Part shown: positions 1 to 7,453 of the stretch, piece by piece
Layout of the letters: each line of letters begins with the position of its first letter
Position numbering within the stretch: position 1 is the stretch's first letter
Notes under the pieces: model-generated
What the model saw: the letters and a program-made list of their open reading frames with translations, nothing else
Told to the model about the DNA's origin: nothing
Databases searched by the model: none
Made by a program: the position numbers and the translations under genes
IMG/VR virus record: IMGVR_UViG_3300002092_001096
Span: 1 to 25,145 of that record
Direction: 5' to 3' (one strand)
DNA from: a virus
Lineage: Duplodnaviria > Caudoviricetes
DNA: 25,145 bases

Positions 1-75
1 AAAGAACTGAGACTTTGCAAGTATCGACGAATCTTTAATCGTCGATCCCTTCTTCAATCTATCAAGAACGCTCAT
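1..75 (-). CDS. uvsX: UvsX RecA-like recombinase, N-terminal 25 aa (runs off window edge)
   Basis: Not in ORF track. ATG at 75 with GGAG 6 nt upstream; reads MSVLDRLKKGSTIKDSSILAKSQFF, resembling the T4 UvsX N-terminus; expected position downstream of gene 43. Confidence 0.8.
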   Translation of the reverse strand, partial: MSVLDRLKKGSTIKDSSILAKSQFF

Positions 76-976
76 TCATATCTCCATTCATATCTGCAAT
101 TTTATCTTTGGCGATAACGGTGTGGCTATCGTCTACAAAGAATGATTCTAGACTAGGCGTTGTTGCCTTGTCAACTTTCTTTTTCTTAACTGATCTTATT
201 GGTTCTGGTGTTACTTGTTTATCGCCTTTCAATCTACGGTATGTTTGATTAGCGGCAATCAGCAACAATACTGCAAGTGGATCAAATACCACAATGATTA
301 CAAAGATTACTAACCGTACTGCCTTATCAATCAGATCACGATCTTGTGTGCCGTAAACTACATCTGCCACATATTTTATAGGCCCCAAGTCCGACTCAGC
401 CTTTTTAATTTCCAAGGATATAGGAGACTTTTCCTCCGTAATTTTCTGTATTTCGGTTTGCGCCCTAGCAATTTCATCAGAGATTCGTATGCGCTCTTTC
501 TGTTGGGCTTTGCGGATTTGATTCGACCTTTCCGCACCCCTTTCATCCGACGATCTTGCCATGACCTGGTCAACCGCCGCATCCAATTGTAGGACATTTT
601 TGCGATTAGTCTCGATGCTGTCCTTGAGGGCTTTAATTTTCTCCTCATAAATCATCTCCTTCTCAACTAATGGTGTTATGTTTGATGAATGTTCGATGTG
701 TGCTTTTGACAGATAACCAAAAATACCCATCGATGTAATTGCCATGAGTAATACAACAGCAATGAGAAAATACACTTTCAATGCAGAGAATGTTGTTTTC
801 CAATTATTGTATACCCACGATACTGTTACCAATTTTGCTGCTTCAAGCACAGAACCCATAATAATAATTGGCCAGTATGAACCTGGAAATATCTGTGCAA
901 GACCAATCACTGAATAATATGCTGCAATCGCAGACAGAGCAATAGCAGTCAAAAATGGTAATATGGCGTGTATCAT
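62..976 (-). CDS. Membrane protein with central coiled coil, function unknown
   Basis: 304 aa; about three N-terminal hydrophobic segments, long heptad-rich region, fourth hydrophobic segment (LVIFVIIVVFDPLAVLLLIAAN); ATGA overlap with gp43B stop. Confidence 0.8.
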   Translation of the reverse strand: MIHAILPFLTAIALSAIAAYYSVIGLAQIFPGSYWPIIIMGSVLEAAKLVTVSWVYNNWKTTFSALKVYFLIAVVLLMAITSMGIFGYLSKAHIEHSSNITPLVEKEMIYEEKIKALKDSIETNRKNVLQLDAAVDQVMARSSDERGAERSNQIRKAQQKERIRISDEIARAQTEIQKITEEKSPISLEIKKAESDLGPIKYVADVVYGTQDRDLIDKAVRLVIFVIIVVFDPLAVLLLIAANQTYRRLKGDKQVTPEPIRSVKKKKVDKATTPSLESFFVDDSHTVIAKDKIADMNGDMNERS

Positions 977-2340
977 CCGAAGAAACTTTCTAAAGTTGCT
1001 TGCTTTTCAGCTTTCCAATTCAAGCAATTTAAAATAACCTGAATTGGTTCCAAGAATGTTTTCTCAAACTGCGTATCATAATCAATGTATTCCTGTAAAC
1101 CAAATTCTTTTGGTAAACGTGTTGGGTATGATACTACAGAATCCTTAAATGGATTTGGTGTCTTCAAATATGTAAACTTCAATTTCTCACCTTCTTGTAT
1201 TAAAGGATACTTGTTGGTGAGATTTAATTGTTTAAGATAGTGATTATAGAGTATAGCACCCTTAACATGAATTGGTGTTCCTTTTCTGTAAAGAGTTACC
1301 GAATCTGCATAATCCTTTAAACCATTCAACCCACGTGGAAACGAAATATCTTCAGCAGGTAATGATTTAAATTTAGTTCTAAAATCAGATATGAACTCCT
1401 GAATCTTAGACTCATCTGCAACCATCAACAACTTAATCAGTTCACGCATCTTCTCACGAACCGCAAATGGTGTGGAAGATTTGATCATCTCAAGTCCCAT
1501 AACCTTTAAGTGTGGTTCATTGTATTGAACACCTTCATTGTTATAGACATTAAGAATGTAGCGTTTCTTGGCAGTCCAGATACCTTTATCTGCAAGTGCC
1601 TCACGCTTCATTATCATTTTTTGGTCAAACGCATGTACATAATCAGCAAGTTCCTTATAACTCGCATCAATAAACGGTTGCAATTTCTCTTCACACGCAC
1701 TATCCATGAACTCGATAACTTTATTGGTAGGGATCGATACTTTGCCTCCCGAACCATACACCTTTTCAACCAATGGGCTAAGTTTGAGATAAATCGAATC
1801 TGTGTCAGAGGCGATAACATAATCTGTTTCAGTTTTCAGTAAATTGTTTAAATATTCATTTAGTTTGTTTTCAATCCAACGAATAGACAATTGACCTGCT
1901 GAAGTCACCGCCAGTGCTATGCGTAAATCATAGAACCGGAAATACTGTGAACCCATCGCACCATATGCCGAGTTCAATGAAACCTTTTTGGCTAATTGCA
2001 GATTGTTATATCGTGCAATTAGCTTTTCAATTTCGTATTTCTTTGAATCATCTTTTTCATCTTCATAATCCTGCTGTGCCTTGAGCATCAGCTTTTTATA
2101 CTTCTTACGATCTTCATACATCTCAAGCATCATCTTTGGTAAGAATCCTTGTTGATCAGTACGAAATAATTGTCCATTTGGAGTTAGTGTACATTGTAAT
2201 GGATCAAGAAAAGATGTATCTATTTGTTTGTACAACAAAGATTGAACATCCATTTTGCCAATTTCTTCATAATATAATTCAATTGCATGAAGTTCTTTTT
2301 TGAGTTCTTCATCAGTCATATTCTTTATATCACGAAACAT
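973..2340 (-). CDS. 43B: DNA polymerase family B, C-terminal subunit (gp43B: fingers, motifs B and C, thumb)
   Basis: 455 aa; GFLP, motif B KKVSLNSAYG, motif C SDTDS, KKRY, KVMGLE; C-terminal TLESFFG clamp-binding-like motif. Start overlaps HNH stop (TAATG); GGTG SD 6 nt upstream. Confidence 0.93.
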   Translation of the reverse strand: MFRDIKNMTDEELKKELHAIELYYEEIGKMDVQSLLYKQIDTSFLDPLQCTLTPNGQLFRTDQQGFLPKMMLEMYEDRKKYKKLMLKAQQDYEDEKDDSKKYEIEKLIARYNNLQLAKKVSLNSAYGAMGSQYFRFYDLRIALAVTSAGQLSIRWIENKLNEYLNNLLKTETDYVIASDTDSIYLKLSPLVEKVYGSGGKVSIPTNKVIEFMDSACEEKLQPFIDASYKELADYVHAFDQKMIMKREALADKGIWTAKKRYILNVYNNEGVQYNEPHLKVMGLEMIKSSTPFAVREKMRELIKLLMVADESKIQEFISDFRTKFKSLPAEDISFPRGLNGLKDYADSVTLYRKGTPIHVKGAILYNHYLKQLNLTNKYPLIQEGEKLKFTYLKTPNPFKDSVVSYPTRLPKEFGLQEYIDYDTQFEKTFLEPIQVILNCLNWKAEKQATLESFFG

Positions 2341-2873
2341 TATTTACACCATTTCTTTCTATTTTCAGTTTTAGTCAATATCTGTAAATTGTCCGGATGA
2401 TGTAAACCACCTTTAGCTAAAGGTTGTATATGATCTACTTCATAACCTTTAGGACAAGTTAGATAGTATTCCTGTAATTGTTTCTTTTCTAAATTAGACA
2501 ATTCTGGAGTTTGATTTCTCAATCTTGCTCTACGTTTTGCTGAAATTTCATTTCTAATTCTTCGTTTATGTTCTTCACCCAAGTACCTACTTTTTCCAGA
2601 ACAAGAATAACTACAATATTTGGAATCATATTTTTCACTTTCAGTTCTAAACTTTTGTGTTTCATACTCTTTACCGCATTGTAAACAGTTTACTTTGGTT
2701 TTTCGTTCTTTATTCTGACATTCCAACTCAAAAGGCTTCTTTATCTCAAATTTTCGTAGGTATTTTTTGATATTAGAATCAGAACAACCAAAATATTCAG
2801 CAACTTCATTTCGACGCATGTTGTTCAAGATGAATAATTCATATAATTTATCTTTAGTTATAGAGTATTTCAT
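2340..2873 (-). CDS. HNH homing endonuclease inserted in the DNA polymerase gene
   Basis: 177 aa; N-terminal HTH-like segment, CLQC...CSYSC zinc-finger-like cluster, C-terminal YEVDHIQPLAKGGLHHPDNLQILTKTENRKK HNH motif. Confidence 0.9.
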   Translation of the reverse strand: MKYSITKDKLYELFILNNMRRNEVAEYFGCSDSNIKKYLRKFEIKKPFELECQNKERKTKVNCLQCGKEYETQKFRTESEKYDSKYCSYSCSGKSRYLGEEHKRRIRNEISAKRRARLRNQTPELSNLEKKQLQEYYLTCPKGYEVDHIQPLAKGGLHHPDNLQILTKTENRKKWCK

Positions 2874-2880
2874 AGTTCCC

Positions 2881-2915
2881 CCAAATAAGTATCCACAACT
2901 ACTTATTTAGTATTT
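2881..2915 (-). promoter_or_regulatory. Late-promoter-like box plus translation-repressing hairpin for HNH gene
   Basis: Minus strand AAATACTAAATAAGTA-GTTGTGGA-TACTTATTTGGGGGAACTATG: CTAAATA resembles T4 late TATAAATA; 11-bp stem (2900-2910 with 2881-2891, one G-U) reaches into the GGGGG SD. Confidence 0.7.
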
Positions 2916-4192
2916 CTGCGATTTAGCTCCCCAATTAGTTTCATTTTTCTTTCGTCTATAGTGCTTATTTCAACGAGGTTTTCTGGTGAAATGGAATATT
3001 GCATTATAAGATGAGGATATAGACTATTCAAGTCAAATGATGCTACCCAATTATGCAATCCCACCTGTGGGTCTTTGACATAGGCACCTTCAAATGCCGC
3101 TGTCTTGTTCTGTATCACCCGTGGTGGAACAATAATATGCTTATCATGAAGATAGTTATATATCAATGCATCCCACATACGAGTTTGTGCAAAGACATCC
3201 TCATAGTTGGTTTTGGTGTCGTATGCTAGAGTTAATGCCAACTCAATCAGCTTCAACTTATCCTCAAGCTTCAGAATAAGTTCAACGTCTTTAATGTTAT
3301 ACTCAATAAACTTCTGATGATTCAATCGATACAATTGATTCAGATTGTCGTATTCGTCATATGACAGTTTGTTCTCACCAAGTTCTACACTGGCAATGTT
3401 ATCCAGCTTATACGATTCCTGTGACTTACCATTCGGAGCGTACCATTGATACAGTTCATAATAGTCAAGTACAGGTACACCAATAATCTCATGGATTACT
3501 TGCGTTTTACCTTTGAATGTGGTTTCACGCTGGCTTAAAAATCCCCAAGGTGAAAGCTTCTTTAGGTTATCTTCACCAAGTATACGTGTGAAACGATTGA
3601 TAATGTAAGGAATATCAAAAAGCTTGACATTCCAACCAGTGACGATATCAGGATAACTATTTGACCAATCAGCAAGAAACCGTTTGCACAAATCGACTTC
3701 ATTTTCACATAGGACATATGTTTCATCACCTTTTACTTTATACTCACCACAACCGTATACAGTAACACCACCATTTAACTGCTGAACACCAATAGCAGTG
3801 ATTGGTTCGGTTGCCTTAGTTGGATCAGGAAATCCATTCTCAGAACCCACCTCAATATCAATTATGAGAATTGATAGATCGTTAATATCCCAATCGATAT
3901 TACCTCTAAATGTGTCTGCGATAAAGGCATACTCATACCTAGTATTACCATAGATTTTAAAGTTTGCCACATCTTCATAGCGTTTAACAAAATTCCTTGT
4001 TTCACGAATGGTTTCAAATTTCATTGCCTCAAGTGGTTCATTAAATAATGTTTTCCACTCTGTTGGTTTCTTGGATGGCAAAAACAAAATCGGAGAATAA
4101 GGGACTTTTTCCTTAATCCTCCGACCATTGTTGATACCTCTATACAGGATGTTATTACCATGTATAGCAACGCTGGTATAGTATTTACTCAT
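2903..4192 (-). CDS. 43A: DNA polymerase family B, N-terminal subunit (gp43A: N-domain, 3'-5' exonuclease, motif A)
   Basis: 429 aa; ExoI IDIEV, ExoII GWNVKLFDIPY, ExoIII YNIKDV, FEGAYV, motif A SFDLNSLYP; stops about 20 aa after SPENL. Confidence 0.93.
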   Translation of the reverse strand: MSKYYTSVAIHGNNILYRGINNGRRIKEKVPYSPILFLPSKKPTEWKTLFNEPLEAMKFETIRETRNFVKRYEDVANFKIYGNTRYEYAFIADTFRGNIDWDINDLSILIIDIEVGSENGFPDPTKATEPITAIGVQQLNGGVTVYGCGEYKVKGDETYVLCENEVDLCKRFLADWSNSYPDIVTGWNVKLFDIPYIINRFTRILGEDNLKKLSPWGFLSQRETTFKGKTQVIHEIIGVPVLDYYELYQWYAPNGKSQESYKLDNIASVELGENKLSYDEYDNLNQLYRLNHQKFIEYNIKDVELILKLEDKLKLIELALTLAYDTKTNYEDVFAQTRMWDALIYNYLHDKHIIVPPRVIQNKTAAFEGAYVKDPQVGLHNWVASFDLNSLYPHLIMQYSISPENLVEISTIDERKMKLIGELNRRNTK

Positions 4193-4198
4193 TAAATG

Positions 4199-4207
4199 AT
4201 TATATCA
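4199..4207 (-). promoter_or_regulatory. Extended -10 promoter (TGnTATAAT) directly upstream of gp43A
   Basis: Minus strand TGA-TATAAT-CATTTA-ATG; no SD and no consensus -35. Confidence 0.5.
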
Positions 4208-4513
4208 TAGTTTTAAGCCAGCAGGTGCTAGTTCGATGCGACTAAACATTCTGCGATATTGTTCCAGCAAATCATTAACTGGCGTTGTGATACAGAAAAC
4301 TTGTGATTGTTTGATAGTAATACCCTTATCAAACTCTTCAGTATAAGCAAGATATGGTGCAAATCCCACACCACCTTGATCGCTAGCATTCCGTGGTGGA
4401 ACAGCAATTACTTGAACTGGATTTTTGATTAGAACACCAACATCACCCTCATCAATAACTTCTGCAATGATTGTTTGCTGCGTGTTGAATGTGATTAATT
4501 TAATGTTACTCAT
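4205..4513 (-). CDS. Small conserved-type T4-like phage protein, possibly Sm-like fold
   Basis: 102 aa beta-rich pattern (IKLITF...IIAEV...IKNPVQV...GFAPY...) of the kind found beside gene 43 in aquatic T4-like phages; fold assignment tentative; ATGA overlap with upstream ORF. Confidence 0.65.
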   Translation of the reverse strand: MSNIKLITFNTQQTIIAEVIDEGDVGVLIKNPVQVIAVPPRNASDQGGVGFAPYLAYTEEFDKGITIKQSQVFCITTPVNDLLEQYRRMFSRIELAPAGLKL

Positions 4514-4740
4514 GCTGCTACCCTCATTGAAGTTTCAAGGACATCAAGTGTCACCCATTTTTTAGGAAATAACATCTCACGACCACGGAAGTCTGCGATG
4601 TCATACGTAGGATCGTCAACCAGACCGACTAATTCAACCTTATTGTCGAATTCGCGCAGTACAACATCATACTTGTATGCTTTAGAATATTTTGGATTTG
4701 TTTCTGCGATTTGTTTTGCGACTTTTGTAGTTGAACTCAT
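4510..4740 (-). CDS. Hypothetical protein
   Basis: 76 aa; strong AAGGAG SD; directly downstream of a consensus promoter. Confidence 0.8.
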   Translation of the reverse strand: MSSTTKVAKQIAETNPKYSKAYKYDVVLREFDNKVELVGLVDDPTYDIADFRGREMLFPKKWVTLDVLETSMRVAA

Positions 4741-4770
4741 GCAAACTCCTTATAAATCATCATTTTTAAA

Positions 4771-4799
4771 ATTATAATAAACTTTTCACTCTGTGTCAA
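4771..4799 (-). promoter_or_regulatory. Sigma70 consensus (early) promoter driving the polymerase cluster
   Basis: TTGACA (4799-4794) - 17 nt - TATAAT (4776-4771), perfect consensus. Confidence 0.85.
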
Positions 4800-5286
4800 G
4801 CTTATATACATTTATACCGCATTTTTTTAAAAAATCAGCACCACCATTTGAATTTGAATAAGAATTTTTATAGTATACCTCTTTGATTCCTGCTTGGTGT
4901 ATGATTTTAGCACATCCTAAACAAGGTTCGTGGGTAACAAACAATGATGCACCTTCAGATGAATTGGTAGAACGGGCAATCTTCATCAAACAATTTGCTT
5001 CAGCATGGAGTACCTCACGCTTAGTTATTTTTCGTGACCAACCGTGAACAAGTTCGGAAAAACCATTTTGTAGCATCCATTCATCAGTTGCCTGACATTC
5101 TTCTTTGAGGACATATTCAATATCTTCACAGACATTATCCCAACCTGATGGCATACCATTATAACCAATACCAATGATTGTGTTGTCTTTTACGACTACG
5201 CAACCGACATGAAGTCTAGTTGCTGATGAAAGTTCGGCGTATACCTCTGCCGCTTTCATATGTGCTTGGATAAATTTAGTTTTCAT
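4786..5286 (-). CDS. cd: dCMP deaminase
   Basis: 166 aa; VGCVVV, GYNGMPSG, HAEAN, zinc motif PCLGC. Confidence 0.92.
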   Translation of the reverse strand: MKTKFIQAHMKAAEVYAELSSATRLHVGCVVVKDNTIIGIGYNGMPSGWDNVCEDIEYVLKEECQATDEWMLQNGFSELVHGWSRKITKREVLHAEANCLMKIARSTNSSEGASLFVTHEPCLGCAKIIHQAGIKEVYYKNSYSNSNGGADFLKKCGINVYKLDTE

Positions 5287-5309
5287 AATAAGAAGTAAGT
5301 ACTCACTTC
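5287..5309 (-). terminator. Weak terminator-like hairpin before dCMP deaminase
   Basis: Minus strand GAAGTGA-GTAC-TTACTTC followed by TTTATT. Confidence 0.35.
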
Positions 5310-5340
5310 ACATAGGGCGTTTGGGCGATTTCTTCCGAGA

Positions 5341-6162
5341 CTATTCCAAAATTACTAATGGCACACGGATTGGAGCCTTGGCATTCATCTCAATAAAGAA
5401 TGGCAAGAACCTTTCACCCAAGAAGCCAGGATAACGCCAAGGTAGTGGTTCGGATGTTGTCTGTTGTGTTGGGTATGCTGTCTTAGAGTATGTCCAGATG
5501 TACTCATAGATTTCAAACAATTCACTCACATACTTTTTGAATAGCTGTTTACGCATGATATAGCAAGTCTCAAAACTTGCTTTGGTTCTCATATTGAACC
5601 AATCAATACCGTCTCTATAATCGGGTAACAACTCAGTGATTGCTTTCAAAAACAAATCCCAATATTCACGTGGTTGTGACTGTAGATACTGATCTTCAAT
5701 TGAGCATGGTAATTGTGTTTCGATGTTGGTAATCACATCATGATTTTCGAGCATATGGAGTGCTGCATTCTTCATACGATCTGATGACAAATAATCAACA
5801 GTTATCTGATTTGCTGCCATACTAATCTTTGGTACCGCTTGCGTAATATCATCAAGCAATAAGTATCGACGATAGGTTGTGCAACCAATAAAATCTGCTT
5901 TACCATACTTCCACAACCAATACTCTGATGCTTGTTGACCCATAGCTTTCAGAAATTCAAGTTCAGATACTTTAGAGTAGTGATGTTGATATTCTTGAAT
6001 TCGATTTTGTTCACGTGATGTGTTAATCCACACACCTTCTTTGCTTGGTGGATAATACTCATAAGCACCAGTACCACCAGCATATGCTGCTCTCATCCAA
6101 GATGAGTTATGATTAAATGGAAAGTCCTTGTGAAAGTGACTTATCATCAATAAATCATTCAC
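5341..6162 (-). CDS. DUF4422-like glycosyltransferase
   Basis: EYWLWK...DFIGCTTYRRY, YIMRKQLFKKYVSELF and RYPGFLGERF match the DUF4422 pattern. Start moved from 6204 to GTG at 6162 (AAGGA SD 8 nt upstream, overlaps stop of preceding small ORF). Confidence 0.7.
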   Translation of the reverse strand: MNDLLMISHFHKDFPFNHNSSWMRAAYAGGTGAYEYYPPSKEGVWINTSREQNRIQEYQHHYSKVSELEFLKAMGQQASEYWLWKYGKADFIGCTTYRRYLLLDDITQAVPKISMAANQITVDYLSSDRMKNAALHMLENHDVITNIETQLPCSIEDQYLQSQPREYWDLFLKAITELLPDYRDGIDWFNMRTKASFETCYIMRKQLFKKYVSELFEIYEYIWTYSKTAYPTQQTTSEPLPWRYPGFLGERFLPFFIEMNAKAPIRVPLVILE

Positions 6163-6313
6163 TTGGTGTTTCCTTTTTCTTTTTGAATTCAATCTTCGGT
6201 GCAATGATAGCAGAGATCATAGCATCACGAAAATCTTTCTTACGTTCACTTGCCATGTTGGTCAGCATGACCTTCAATGGTTTAGTCATTCTAAAATTTG
6301 AATTAGGTTTCAT
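6155..6313 (-). CDS. Small basic hypothetical protein (52 aa, absent from ORF track)
   Basis: MKPNSNFRMTKPLKVMLTNMASERKKDFRDAMISAIIAPKIEFKKKKETPSE; start overlaps oxygenase stop (TAATG) and it fills the gap to the next gene exactly. Confidence 0.7.
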   Translation of the reverse strand: MKPNSNFRMTKPLKVMLTNMASERKKDFRDAMISAIIAPKIEFKKKKETPSE

Positions 6314-6879
6314 TACCATGCCCAAGAAACATAAGAGTATCTGGTGCCTTCTGTCACCAACTTGACCTCATGTGGATATAAAAAGTTTGAAGGAAATATC
6401 ATAATCTCACCTGCTTTCAACTCAACAACTTTGTCATCCCAAAATACAAGTTCACCACCTTTGTAATCATTATTCAGTGAACCAAGAATACTTAGTGTAG
6501 GAATACCTTTACGATTACCATCGAACATGGAATGAATGTGATCACAATGAAGTTTCATTTGTGTATCGGTGCGATAACGATTGAATCGCACTTCAGAATA
6601 GCCATTCCAACTGACAAACCATCCCTTCATGTCCAATTCTTCTACATATTTTCTCAAAGTATTCCATATTTTTTCCATGATTAAATCTTTGGTTTCAATC
6701 TGAGAATATGCTACCGAAAGTTCATGTTCATATGAATGATATGTACCATCAGTTGAATTGTAGAATTGATGTGTCTGAAATTCTTTATCCTTTTCTTCCA
6801 GTACATTGACTGTCTTGATACATTCTTCTTCAGAAAGTACCTGATAAACTTTGAGATATGATTCTATATTACGATCCAT
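6313..6879 (-). CDS. 2OG-Fe(II) oxygenase (prolyl-hydroxylase-like)
   Basis: HCD facial-triad motif, LNNDYKGGEL, FPSNFLYPHEV, GTRYS. Start moved to ATG 6879 (AAGGA SD). Confidence 0.88.
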   Translation of the reverse strand: MDRNIESYLKVYQVLSEEECIKTVNVLEEKDKEFQTHQFYNSTDGTYHSYEHELSVAYSQIETKDLIMEKIWNTLRKYVEELDMKGWFVSWNGYSEVRFNRYRTDTQMKLHCDHIHSMFDGNRKGIPTLSILGSLNNDYKGGELVFWDDKVVELKAGEIMIFPSNFLYPHEVKLVTEGTRYSYVSWAW

Positions 6880-6891
6880 GATATATCCTTT

Positions 6892-6915
6892 AATAAGTGG
6901 GGCATAAAGCCCCAC
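6892..6915 (-). terminator. GC-rich hairpin after hsp20 (probable terminator or stabilising stem)
   Basis: GTGGGGC-TTTAT-GCCCCAC followed by TTATT. Confidence 0.6.
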
Positions 6916-6918
6916 CGT

Positions 6919-7398
6919 TTAAGCCGCCAGTTTTTCTTCTTGTAGAAGTTGTGGCTTAAATTCTTTTAATGCATTGTAGTCATTGCTAATTTCAATCTTA
7001 CGTGGTTTTTTATGTTCTGGAACTACATTTTCCAGACCAACACGTAGAATACCATCTTTGATTTCAGCACCCTTAACTTCAATGGTGTCTGCAATCGTAA
7101 TCACTTTGGTGAAAGAACGAGTGCCAATTCCACGATGTAGATAGTTCGATTCGTCTTTGTCTATCTTCTCACCCCTGATTGTCAAGTTACCTTCTTGAAC
7201 TTGAATATCAATTTCATCTTTTGCAAAACCTGCAACAGCAAGTTCTACAACATACTTATTATCATCTGCTTTGATGATGTTGTGTGGTGGGAAAGTTGAT
7301 GGTTTGATTTCACTATCAAGAATTTTCTCAACATCACGAATAAAGTTTTCAAAACCAAGTGTTTGATGGAACAAAGGTCCAAATGAAATACGTGTCAT
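6919..7398 (-). CDS. hsp20: Small heat-shock protein Hsp20 (IbpA-like)
   Basis: 159 aa; FPPHNI, VELAVAGF, YLHRGIGTRSF, GAEIKDGIL, PEHKKPRKIEI. Confidence 0.95.
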   Translation of the reverse strand: MTRISFGPLFHQTLGFENFIRDVEKILDSEIKPSTFPPHNIIKADDNKYVVELAVAGFAKDEIDIQVQEGNLTIRGEKIDKDESNYLHRGIGTRSFTKVITIADTIEVKGAEIKDGILRVGLENVVPEHKKPRKIEISNDYNALKEFKPQLLQEEKLAA

Positions 7399-7404
7399 AC
7401 GTTT

Positions 7405-7451
7405 CTCCTTATTATAAGCAAGTTAAATTACGTGACCCCGAAGGCATCACG
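7405..7451 (-). promoter_or_regulatory. ROSE-like RNA thermometer in hsp20 leader
   Basis: CTT-G-CTTA-TAA-TAAGGAG pairs the SD against UUGCU with a bulged G; upstream hairpin CGTGATGCC-TTCG-GGGTCACG. Confidence 0.6.
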
Positions 7452-7453
7452 AC

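Noticed and set aside
2341-2348. TGTAAATA as a late promoter for gp43B
   Set aside because: It abuts the ATG, so transcription would begin inside the ORF; it is explained by the HNH CK-stop codons and SD spacer.
2340-2903. Group I intron or ribosomal bypass across the HNH gene
   Set aside because: Only 29 non-coding nt and no recognisable intron core; a 560-nt gap is far beyond the 50-nt gene 60 hop; 43B has its own SD and ATG.
2874-2940. Imperfect direct repeat TTGGGGAGCTA / TTGGGGGAACTA as an insertion-site duplication
   Set aside because: Short, imperfect and both copies are on the same side of the HNH gene.
2251-2965. Split intein re-joining gp43A and gp43B
   Set aside because: Extensions are only about 20 and 30 aa, with no Cys/Ser-initiated intein N-block and no His-Asn followed by Cys/Ser/Thr.
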